Shown here piece after piece: positions 1 to 13,000 of a stretch of DNA of 64,000 nucleotides (position 1 is its first letter; each line of letters starts with the position of its first letter). The DNA is from Phoronis australis (Eukaryota; Animalia; Phoronida). The notes beneath the pieces are model-generated. The model was given only the letters and a program-made list of their open reading frames with translations, searched no databases and was not told where the DNA came from. The position numbers and the translations under genes were made by a program. The DNA is taken from the NCBI GenBank assembly GCA_002633005.1, contig NMRA01000130.1, positions 186,001-250,000 of the forward strand. The letters run 5' to 3'.

Positions 1-1043
1 GAAAATTCTAATGACTTGTGGGAAGAGAGCAGTTCATGATTACTTTTAAGTTGATGTAGACACTGGAAAACAACAACTCAAAACAACAATTAAATACATC
101 AAATTTTAATAATAAAAGAGAAACATTTAACAATGCAACTTGACAAAAAAGACAGATTGCATAACCACATGACAAATGTGTGTGACCCTTAATGAAACGT
201 GAAAAAGCATGGATCTGAGTAAATTGGTGAAAATGCTAGCTTTCGATGTGTATTATAAACTGCAGTGTCATTCTGATTGGCTACTTTAAAGCATTAAAAG
301 ACATGACTTTGTTACATGTATGTAAACTACACAAAATAGCATTTCAGATGCACGTGAAGTAGATCTCCGCTATACGTAACTAGGAAAAAGTTATGTAGTA
401 TGGCCGTTAAGTGTAATGCGCTTGGCTTTTCACAGAAATTAGATTTCACTTTACACATATAAAATCTCAGTCTCGTTAGATCAGACTGGTACAAACTTTA
501 CTACGAGAGAAGATGGGAATTTCCCCGTTACTACAAGCTGCATCTACATCATTAACTGCCAGCTACTGGAGTGTTCTCTAGCCGACTACTCAGCCTCTCT
601 TCAACGTAACGACTCAGTTACCTTCCAGTACACTCACAAGTACATATTACTTTCCCAGAATTCCCTGTTTACATGTAACTTTCCCAGAATTCCCTTTTTC
701 GACTTAAAATACTAATGTGCACATTACATAGCTAAGAAATCGTGTCAACGATCAGCCAAACATAACAGCTCCTGTACAATATAAGCACCATTTTCACAAC
801 TACACGGGCATGGCATATGAGTTGAGGTAATAAGGAAGAACTCTAGTCAACTCAGAATAGAACATTCTTAAAATGCAGAAAATGAACAAATCCAGTGGCA
901 ACGTACTGCTCATTGTGCCTAAATTCCTCTTAACAACTTCTTAACAGCAACATAGTCAACTCCTTACAATCAAGAGCAGCAGTGAGCAAACCTAATAATG
1001 AGATGAAACTGAATAAATTAGTGGCACTATCTCGACTCAGGAA

Positions 1044-4000
1044 CTAAAGCTCGTCTCGAAGGTTTTGTTGCCGATATTTTTTGGCGAAGTAAATGATCTC
1101 ATCGGCATCCGTCTCGAGCGAGCTCCACTGATAAAACTCCTGTAAAGAAAAGATTACTTTGCTCAGCTCTAACTAAGAATATTTCGAAGTACTTGGGAAA
1201 GTAGTTATATATAGTCTCACTGGAGTAATATGAATACCTGATATATTTATTTTTAATCTCTATTTAAAATTGCCTGAAAGCATTAATGAAAGTGAGGAAG
1301 ACATTAAATGGAAAGTACTAGAACAACTGGTTGCATAAAGAATTTTTGGATGACTAACATAATAGCATGTACTTTTCAACTCAATTAAATACAACAACTG
1401 GAAAAGTGTTCCCAATTGCCAAACTATACGCAAACTCGTACTTTTATTTCACTGTCCACATAAACCACAGATTTTCTTCAGAGCAACTTTCCAACAGTAT
1501 TTTTTCATTTCAATGTGAGGAATTTCATTAACACTTGTCTAGTTTTTGGCCATAGTAACAGGAGAAAGTTGAAAATGAAAATATTTCGGTTTATTGGCCT
1601 AAAACCATCATCAGGAAGCAACATTGACAATTTGGATCATGAATCGCTTCCTGATGATGGTTTTATGCCAATAAATCGAAATGTTTTCATTTTCAACTTT
1701 CTCCTGAGGAATTTCAAGAATTGTAATGAAGCTGAGTAATAGCAAAAAGATAGAAAACCTCCATGTTGTCATCATTCCTTCAGAAACACTTTGCCTACAG
1801 TAGAATCTCAACAAATTTAGGACACAATAAGGACGACGAGTGAAATTTCTTTTTCTCATATCAGCTGAGTAGCACCAAACGAATACTTTTCCATGTTCTA
1901 ACTCTGTAACCATAGATACCAACAGACAATATTTTGATCAGTTATTGGCATTTGCAACAATTTCAGAAGACTGAAAAGGGAAAAGGGGCAATTTTGAAAC
2001 TATTTTTGTCCGAAATTGCCGAGGTTTTACCGTGTATATGCTTTTGAGGTGAAGCTTAACTAATATTGCCAGTGCGAAATGTTGCTAAGGTCCCCAGAAA
2101 CGGATCTGCGCGAGTACTCTTCACTATGTTGGTGTTTGGCCTAATTAGCAGAACACAGAACCATTGCTGATAACACACTGTTTATGATGAACTGATTTAC
2201 CATCGAAACGATGGACACTGTGTTCATGAAAATACAATGTGTAATCAATCGCTCTCAGTTTTCTCATGAGAGTAACCTGCAGCAAAGTCCCACAAAGAGC
2301 ACCTGTCTCATTCGAAATCATGTTTACACATACCTGTCTATCACCATTTCTAGCACCGGAATAGAATTTGACGGACGGGTAAGCACGGATGTTGGCCTGT
2401 TCGCACAGATAGTTCTGCGCATCGCAGTTCACTTTGCCACACTTCATAACCCCCTGGAGTTCCTGAAAGTCAACCAAAATGCCAGTTTTAAACCATTGCG
2501 TATACAAAGCAAGTGAAGAGCCCATGGCAAGGATAAATAAATAATTGCAGTCTGGTACATGTGCGCATGCCACTCAGGAGGGTCCATTGCACTGATCACC
2601 TGGAACCATTTTTATGCTTTATTAATATACAGTAAAAACCAAGCTGAGGAGCTGGAGACTTGATTCAAAGGTCCAGCAGTGTGGTGCCGTGGGACTCGAA
2701 CCCATGGCCTCAAGTGAAGAAAGCGGGCATCTTTCACGTTAGGCCACACTGCCTCCTCAAGCCCAAGGATAGCAGACGTACCAAGGATAGCAGACGTTCC
2801 AAGGATAGCAGACGTATCAAGGCTACAATGTGTTCAATCACAAGATGAAAATTAGACGACTTGTTTTGTACATTCATGCACGAATAAAACAATCACGTGG
2901 CTTACGGCAGATTTTTAGTTTCAAGATTTAATTATATGAGAAGAAGCTACACAGCGTTCACATATTTGGATCGGTGCAATATTAAGTATCTAAACAGACA
3001 ACAGTCTATCTTGTTTTCACAAAACACGAATCATTTGAAATTGGTAATTATGGAAACTGACTGTTTGAACTGTTCATGCCTCTTGCGACCGTTCAAATGA
3101 GCAGTGTATTTGTAAGGGCCTCCTAAGTGGTTAAAAACACTCGTTGGTTTCATCGGCAGGCGAGTAAGCCAAGATGCGCCACAAGAAATGGCAGAAGTAG
3201 ACAATTTACGCTTAAGTCACACCAGTTTTACTAGTGTTGCATGATGTTAAATTAGTGACTGTGAAGTTGAACTAACTCAATTTTGTTAAACTACTTTCAA
3301 CAGTATCTGACAGGACTGAAACGCAAACTTGAAACACAAGATGACCAAAAGAACTAAGAAATTGTATGTCACAATTACTACAGTAAAAATTATTCAATTT
3401 GGAACAAAAATAATTGCTAAAATTGCCATATTTCTATTTTTCAGAGGCTTCCCACATTATTCCAAGTGTTCAAAATTTCACCAAACATTTGGCAATGGCT
3501 GCAACATACACACCGTGTTAGAAGTAAAGTAAATTTCCCTGAAAAGTTACTTTTGTTGAGAAATTTATGTCCAAAACTGAAGCATTTTTACCGTATCATT
3601 GAAAAAAATACTTCCGATGAGGGAATAATGAATCCTACATTTTAAGTAATAAACAATAACAATTCAGAAAACAGCCCAAGGTTTGAGCTCACTAACCCTG
3701 GCCACACGTTCAAAGTGTGGGGAAAATCGTTGACAGGGTCCACACCAAGGGGCGTAGAAGTCAATTATCCATGGTTCCTCACTTTCCAAGACTTGGCGAA
3801 GGAATGTTCCATAGGTGAGCTTTACTGAGAACGAGGGAAGGAAATCCTGGGCCCATATATTAATGTTGTGGGCATCACGGAACCAGCCTTGGTATTGCCT
3901 GAGCAGAATATCATTGCATTGCATTGACCATGTTGACCAATCACAAACAGCAGTTACTGGAAGAGCGCATTACTTTAAGGTGATAATAAAATAAAGACGT

Positions 4001-7000
4001 GATCTAACCAATGAGTATAAGAGCTTAAACAACACGAAAACTGACTCGCGCTAATCCCACCCTGTCATCAGCGTTACCATATGCAAGGGTTCAACGCTGC
4101 TGCACAAAGCCAACCAAATATTACTGCAGGGGGGGAAGGTCAGAATCTTCATCAAACAATCTATTAGGGTTGGTCCCATTTTACATGTAGCACATGCCAA
4201 AAACCAATTGGACAAAATTCCACTGTCAAGATGACCGTCAATGACTCTTTGCACTCAGTCGCCACTATGCGGAATTCTGAATCATTTTGCCCAATTAGCT
4301 TCACCGAGTACTGCACAAATCCGAGATCAGGTTCAAGAATATTAAGAAGTCACGCAAACAAGAACAGCGCAAAGACTTAGCAACATTTTGACATATAAGT
4401 GCCGGAGGAAGAAAGAGTAACTGGAAATCAATGGCTGAACTTGACTGACTTTGCCAGTTCCACCGGGTAAGACACCTGATTGGTCTATAAGCCATAGATC
4501 AACACTGAGAACCAATCAGATGTTTTAGCCAGATGACTGGTGGAACCATTGTTTACTGCAAAACATCCAACTCATGCCACACATTCTCAGAAATAAAATA
4601 TTGCAAAATTCTGCAAAGGCAGTGAGATGTCAACAAACGTCTGCAGAAGGTAAGATGTCACGCCCACTTACTGAAAATGCCACGCCCACTTATAGAGCAT
4701 GTCACGCCCACTTACTGAAAATGCCACGCCCACTTATACAGCATGCCACGCCCACTTACTGAGGATGCCACGCCCACTTACTGAGGATGTCAAATGACGC
4801 CATACCCACTTACTGAAAATGCCATCCTTATTTACTGATGACACACACTCAATAATGCTATGCCCCAGGCCTTGGAACGAACAATGACAAAAAAGAGGAA
4901 AATTTTCCAGGCGATGTATCATTCCACAAAAAATAGGTTTGTGTGTTAAAAATACTCTTTTTATAATTGTAAAATTTAAGTGAAATAAACATTTTCACAA
5001 GAATAAAGCCAAAATAATGATAAAAAGAGATGAAAAAAGAGAAATCTAGAAATCAAATGAGAGGAAATCGAAACCAAAAAAGAGGAAATCCTCTTACGTT
5101 CACGAAAACAACAACGGATTTAAAACTGGACATGTTTCGGTGTCATTTATTAAACACCATCCTCAGAAGTCATAATACAGTGGCCACCTAGCTAGGCCCA
5201 GCAACAAGTAATGAAGCACAGATACAGTCAGTTACAGGGAGTGACAATGAACTATACCAACAATGACAACCTGTGGTGTGTCAGTTGCCTATTGAGATTG
5301 GGCTTGCACCAACTGATATGTAAAGCCTCACGAATTTTAAGCTCCTTTGTTGTTACTGCCTGGTCTATTATTGCAAAGTCATTGAAAGAGCACTGCTGAT
5401 AACAATGATTGGAGCTCTGCAGGTGAATATTTACATGTGAATTACTNAGAGGAAAATTTTCCAGCCGGTGTATCATTCCACAAAAAATAGGTTTGTGTGT
5501 TAAAAATACTCTTTTTATAATTGTAAAATTTAAGTGAAATAAACATTTGCACAAGAATAAAGCCATAATAATGATAAAAAGAGATGAAAAAAGAGAAATC
5601 TAGAAATCAAATAAGAGGAAATCGAAACCAAAAAAGAGGAAATCCTCTTACAAGAGGAAAATTCCAATCCCAATTTTATTTCTTACATCAAGGCTTTAAA
5701 AATTACCAGTTTTGACATCTTTTTTATCCAAAATTAGACTGATTTTACCCTACTCGATGAAGTCACATCTACTCACTGCCAAGACTGACCCCCTCCAGTG
5801 GGGTACAGTCTGATCTGAGGATAGGACTGCACGTGGTTGTTGCGACAGGCATTCAGGTGCTCTTCACAGTCAACTGAGGCCACATAAACATTCTTGGTGC
5901 CTTTGAGCATCTATAAGAGATTACGTTATGCATAAGTTTGTAGCGATAAACCAACATACAACTTGACAACAGGTGTTTAGTGTTGATCATCACGTAAAAG
6001 CAGAGAAAAGCAAGACAGCAAAGCATCAGCTAAACGAGAGATCGGCTAGTGTACAATCAAAACTGCTTTAAAGAAATCCATAAATTTAAACAAAATTGTG
6101 CAGATTTTTCTGTACTAGTGTAATATAAAGCAAGCTCTGTAATCTTGAGCAAACGCTGTGTGTCTTACTTTAGCTAGTCTCCGCCACTCCGGGGCCAGCT
6201 GCATACACGGGCCACACCAGGGGGCGAAGAAATCGACCAACCAAACTTCATTGTTGGCACGCCGCAGGACTCGACGATCAAAGCTGTCAGGGTCAAGAGT
6301 AATGACCGGGGGGTGAAGCATATCCTACGGAGAGTCGAGAAATCGCAACAGTGAATTTTCAGTTTATATGTAGAAATTGAATTAGTGGATGGCACTACGA
6401 TTATCAATACAAACACACCTCGTTGACAACTGGCTTCGATGTTTTCAGACATTTTAATACAAACAATCTTACAAGCAGCATAAAATCACAAAATATTACT
6501 GGTTTGTTTTGCACACCATCTGACAGCAGCAGATTTTATCCTATCTTGTCCTGCTGGTTTTAGTAATTGAAAAATATGATAAACTGTTGAGTGTTTACAG
6601 CAGAAAAATAGCTGTCAATTCTGTCTAAGCTTACAACTGAACAACTGGAATTATACATAGTGTACCCACCTGAATAAATTCTAGAATAGCATCAGAGCTA
6701 TGGTGACCACTGAACTTGTGAGGCTTGCTCTCATTGTAGAAAATAGTAGTCGGATACGAGCGGATATTATACTGCAAACAGAACATATTAAAATATTCAA
6801 ATCAATCAATTAAGCATCCAACGTCCAGGTCTGGGTATGGTATTGCATTGTGGACATGACTTGCTCAATGTTGCAACAGTCAACATAAACAACACGGGGG
6901 AAATTTATTATCTATAATGGACATTGGTATATAGGATGTGACGTTTGGGCAAAAAAGACTAGTAAAATTACCATAATTCAGGTTCCAATGACAGCCATGG

Positions 7001-10000
7001 GAGACTTGACTTGCATACCATGTACCGCTTACCAAAGTGATAGTAATACTCCCAATGAATGCTGTGAAATTTGAATGGGAGTGCGCCAACCTGTAATCTT
7101 CATTAAACACCAAGACGCTTGCAGGAAAAATTCAAGGTATCTGACAATACCCAGTCTTCTAGTGATTGGACATTTCAAGCATCAGTAAGCACTTTTAACA
7201 CAAAATTTAATTGATCCATTATTCGCACGGGATTTGCACACTCTATGAATGTTCAATTCCATGTGAAAAACTATCATAGTATTGGCCAACTTAGTGACGG
7301 TTACCTGATTACAAAGATTTGAGTGAATGGTGCAGTCGACGGTGCCGAAGTTGATGTTGGGCTGCGTCATTTTGGATGTCTTCCTGAACACCGGCAGTAG
7401 TCTCATGCAAGGAGGGCACCACTGTAAGATAATGAAGCTGTGAGCGGTAGGCAGGTGGTACAGTAAGAAACTGCCGCCAGAGGGCAGCAGAGTGGCGGGG
7501 AATTCAGTCCCTGTAACTGGCATAATTAACTCCACTGGTCAAGGGCATTCGGAACACCTCGGGTATTTTCGCAGCCTCAAATTTCCACTCAGAGGTGAAC
7601 TGCACATGTGTAGACTTCAATCACATGGACTTCAGTCACGTGATATTCAGACTGGAGAATGATTGGCCATATCGCTCAAGATGGCACATACGCAGAAAAT
7701 GTTCACCAACAAGGGTAAATTTGAGATTACGAAAATACCCAAGGTGTTTCAGATAGTTATGGGGAAAATGAGAGTGAATAACATTAAAGCTCACACGAGC
7801 TACAAATATTAGTTATGGCCGATATTATGAACCTGGTGGTGAGGTTACTTATACAAATTTCATAGTACAGTTGTTCTAGTCTGTGCAAATGATCCTCCCG
7901 ATGAGCTGGATTTCGCCTTGCTCGGAAATAATATCTTGATCCAGTTGAAACCGGTTTATGCCAATTTTACTATACATAGATAAAACATCAAATGCACATC
8001 AAATCACGCTTATGTTTCTCAACTACAAAAGCAAAACCACGACAATAACGAAGTAGGATTTTTGCAACGTTTATTTCTGTTGAAAAATCAACAAAATCGA
8101 ATATCAATTTTCTGTCTCCGTGTGAACTAAGTACCAGATTGAAGAAATTAACTGTAAAATTACTCCGCATTTATCCACATTTAAAGCACCATCCATGACT
8201 TCTGAAACAGAAACAAAAGGCACACTCACCGGAGCAAAGAAGTCCACAAACCACAGTTCACTGGACGATGTGACAGGGTGGGGGAAATCGTCGGGTCCCA
8301 GAGCTCGCACTGGGGTGGTGGAGCTGTCTTCAGCAAACACGGCAATATCGTGTGCCGTCTGACGCCCTGCACAGAAAGTTACGTGAACGAGAAGCCATAA
8401 GAGTATCAAATATGTACGGGTCAACATTACTCATCTTTTCCATGTTAATTTAAACTTGTAGCTTACAACATAGCTTACTTCTGAACGGCATTTTGTTTAA
8501 CAAACTATTATTTTCACGATGAACTGCACTTCACATAAACTTTATAACATCATAAATAACAATTATTAGTCTCCTTGCATGCCATACGTTGATCACATCA
8601 CATGACGTGAAGTTCAGTCTGAAAAGATTTCTGCCTGACCGGGATTCGAACCCGGGAGTTTCTGTAACCGTACCTATGCTCTAAGATGCTCTGTAGTCCA
8701 CTGATCTATCGGGACCAATGATCGATTACAGAAATCCAAGCAAATTTATAGGAGGTATCTTGTCCAAACTTGGGAGTGCATATACAGAATATAATTGTGA
8801 AGTGTAAGAAGTATAGTAATTCTCACTTACACCAAATGGAGGAGCTGATTCATAACTGCACAATTCATAAGATTCATAACTACACAATTCATAAATTCAT
8901 ATGTTCAACTCTTCAGAGACAGCAGAAGGAAGAGAAGTTAGTTGCTTAACAAACTGTTCGTATTTGACTAAAATTTCAACTTGGAACAAACGATTGAGTG
9001 GAAATTAATCCTCTTGACATTCGCACCAGCAATTACAAAGATTGAGGATTTTTCTTGAATCTGAATGTGATGCAGTCAACAATCATAGTCAGCAAAACAA
9101 ATTCTAACGTACAAGTAAAACAAATCTAATAATTTAAACAACATGGAATAGTCAAGAAATTCAAATTATCATCATTAATTTACTAGAGCTTGAATGCCGA
9201 TTCTAATCAATTTGTATGATGAGATACTAAATGCAAGTTTACCATGGTGAACCTCATGGCCGCCACCCTGCTTGAAAAGGGCAAAGGTCGGGAACTTGTG
9301 GATGTGCAGGTCATTACAAGTGGACCTCATGAGGCGGCAGTCTACACGGCCAACCTGTGAACAACGTATGCATGAGATAACTAATTAAGTGAAATGCATG
9401 AAAAACAAAAACAAAAACAAAAATTTGGAAAGCACTACACTTATCAGTGGTTCTACAGAAACAACAGCTTGTGAGAAATCTTTTCAACAGAATCTCATGA
9501 ATTTTTCTGAAAAATTGAACAATAAAACTCGATATGGACAAAGACACCACCAAAATGTGGATGATACCAATGAGTGCATTTACAAACACTACCAATTCAG
9601 GAGATAAGCAACTAATCAACACTTTTGACTCTGAAAACTAATCCACTCACAGGAATAGACTGCAGCATGGCTGGCAGTTTCTTGAACTCCAAATTGGCTT
9701 TCTCATCGTTTATGAAATAGATGAGCCAGGCGGGCTGACGTCCGTCCTCAATGGCTTCCAGCGTCTTCTTAAATTCGTCTTCATTCAACGCGCCAACGTC
9801 CGGCAGGAAGGATAGTACGGTACTCACAATCTCTTTACAATGCAGACTGGTTATTTCCTACAGAGATAAATTAAAGTTAAATTGCGTCCCCTGGAGCATT
9901 GTGTAAAATTTGATATAAGCACCGGCATATTCGTAGGAGACCGATTTGAGACTACAAATATGAGAGCAAGAACAGTACCGTGAAGCTTCTAATAAATGCC

Positions 10001-13000
10001 AGTCATTTTAAATGGCTCCAACTAGGCCAACATTTACCAACCAAGTTTACAAATAAGGCCAAAATTACCACGAAAATCAGACAGTAAAAAATCACTTAAA
10101 TTAATCAACTGCTCTAAAGTCACAAATTTACGACAGCAGGCAACTGTTATAAGCCTGTAGTTCTGTAGCTTATCGATTTTGATGTGTAAAATTCTTTAGC
10201 TTCTATAAGACACTGGCCACTATAGGAAATTTGGCTTCTTTGTGAAGCGTCGCAGTTGTTGTAATTCTCAGCAAAATCAACTGTTCTGTTTCACTAAAAA
10301 ACTTGCGACATTTTGTGGTCACACATCTGATTAACAGCTACACCAAATAATCACTTGAGGGTGTTTCCTAAATTTAAAACAGGGTTAAAAGAAAAACTTT
10401 CGATTTTTATTTTCGTAGAACGCTGACTTCATTTTCAGTGAAGACGCAATTTAAAAAGGTCCACTTCATGGCAAAGCTTGAAGAACTGTTTGATGAAGCT
10501 GTACAACAAATATGCAGCAAATTAACACTGCACAACAATGATCTAAATAGTCACCAGGAGGAGCAGCCGTAGCCAAAATTCTCCAAAACTTGACACACAC
10601 AAGGATACAGAATGATTATCAACACTATGCTTTATTTCCTAATGAACACTTTTCACTAGAATAATTCTTGCCTAGTGCATTATGGTTAGTTTTGCTTACA
10701 GAACTAAGAAGTCGAAACAGACAAAGCAGAAAGGAAAATATTGTAATTACATGTTCTGAGTCTTTGTTCACGTCTCCTGCAGGGTAGAATGCACTCGAGT
10801 GATCCCGCCTCATCTGTACACACAGAGTGTTATCCTCATAGCACTCTACACGGCCCACGTTGACAAGCCCATCCTGAATACAGAGAGCAATATTTGGAAT
10901 ATAACAGATACAGAACGTAAAGGGGAGTATACAACAAACACCATTGTATTTGACGATAAATATCATAGTTATAATTCTAGTAAATCAATGACAGGTTTTT
11001 GTTGTACACAGGACCCATGCAGAGAAATTTCCAACCACTTTTAAACATGTTTCATAGTGGAATGGGTGCTATATTTAGCACAAAATTTGAGGCATCAATT
11101 GTCCTGACATTACACAATATGTTGTGAGGGTGGCTTTAGAAGAACATGTTACAAAATAATGCAACGGGACTCACCAACATGGCAGATAGTTTCAAAGTGT
11201 CAGTATGGTCCAGGCAATCTGAAAACAAGAGCCCAAACACATCAGTGGCAAGACAATAAATGAACACCCAGCAACGCCAGGCAACGAGATACATGGAGTC
11301 TGTAAGTGTACTCCTAGCAACATGACCAATCTACACTTTTGAGGCAATTTTTTGCACATTTATTGAGCTTCTCTTGAGCAACAATACAGGCTGACTTCCC
11401 AATAGGCATCCAGCTAGAGTATACACACCTGTAAACTTCAATGAGGTGAAGACCACGTCACTGACATGCCAAATGACTCTTGATGCACAAAAACAAGAAA
11501 CCCCAGGTCTGTGTTCAAAACGTGAATATATTTCATATTCACATTTCAATTAACAACTAATTACAGTTGAGGTCAAACATTTTAAAATTTAGTGATTTCA
11601 TTTATTGTTCGTAGCGACGTCATAAACAGTTTAACCTTCATACCCACCACAGAGGGCGCCTCACCCTCTTCATGATGCCACACGTGACATCACACACTAG
11701 TTCCAAGCAGGGACTCATCTAGGATTTGAAAATTGGGGGTCCAAATTCGTGAGAATTACGAGTCGTGCAAAGCGCAAATCTGAGGCGTGCAGCGCTGATG
11801 AGGGGGGGGGTGGGTTGGGCCAAGTTGGGGGATGGGGGAAGTTGGGGGGAGGGGGGGGGGGAAGTTGGGGGGGGACGTGGGGGAATTCCCCCACCCGGTG
11901 AGGAAAAATTGTTACATAAAAAAGGTCATTTCCTTGCATTTTGGATGTCTTTGTTCTTGTTCAAAGGACGGCACATAGGGAAACTAAACAAAAATTACTA
12001 GGAGGTTTTTTCCATTCAGGATGTGTGTATTGTCACTAGGCTGCAAAAATCAAGATCTATAAATCTTTTTAGTAAGATAATCTATGTAGAGTTGCATGAT
12101 AAGACAGCATGAGTACAGGACTCAATGTATCTTGAAGCTCTCAAAAGAGAAGAGTAAAATGCAGTTGAGAAACCACTTAAAATTGTGAGAAGACAATGGA
12201 GTTGCATTCGAAAGGACATGAAGAAATATATTCTAGAGTACATGTCTAAGTTTCGTTACATCGCACAGTACTNNNNNNNNNNNNNNNNNNNNNNNNNNNN
12301 NNNNNNNNNNNNNNNNNNNNNNNNNNNNNNNNNNNNNNNNNNNNNNNNNNNNNNNNNNNNNNNNNNNNNNNNAGTCGTGCGGGGGATTCCGTATGAAGCC
12401 ACCTTGACGTCACAGAATAGGAAGGTATTCCCCAAAGATGGCTGCCAGTATTTGCCGATCGTCATTGTGACACTTATAGTAAAAATAGACGGCAAAAGTT
12501 TCTAATGTCGAGTTATTTCTTAATATTTAGCGAACTTAAACAATGAATTGTGGGTTTCAATGAAATTTATTAATAATAAATGCTAAAATTCTTCGTTTAG
12601 CCTTCATTTTCGCCAAGGTTGTTTTGGAACAGGCCGCCGTCTTTTTTCCGTCTGGGCCGTGCCGTCCATAGCCGTCATTTTTTTAAAAGGGCCGTCCTAA
12701 GGACGGCCAGGATGGCCGCTAGATGAGTCCCTGGTTCCAAGCCAGTTTCACAAAGACCACAATACTGGGTGGTCGAAAACATTCACTTGAAGTGCTTAAG
12801 TTTACGACTGTAATTAAATGAACCCTGTCTCGTTTATGACTGTTTACCAGACGGACAACATTAGTTAGTGTGTTTTACCTCCTTCTGAACAGAATGTTAT
12901 TAGCCAAGGCTTCCTCTTGTAGCGCTCATTGTTCATGAGATTGTCAAATGAGGTAGCTGTCAGCGTAACTACATGGGTCTGAGCGTACTGCAAGGCGTGC

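Larger units (their letters stand above)
4894..5651. repeat. ~204-bp direct duplication (4894-5097 / 5448-5651) flanking a Penelope fragment and a single N
   Basis: AGAGGAAAATTTTCCAG...GAAATCCTCTTAC is repeated with a few SNPs. The second copy starts immediately after the N at 5447. Confidence 0.9.

Noticed and set aside
11715-12001. Pro-rich and Gly-rich ORFs on opposite strands
   Set aside because: Products of the G-tract inside the hAT element.
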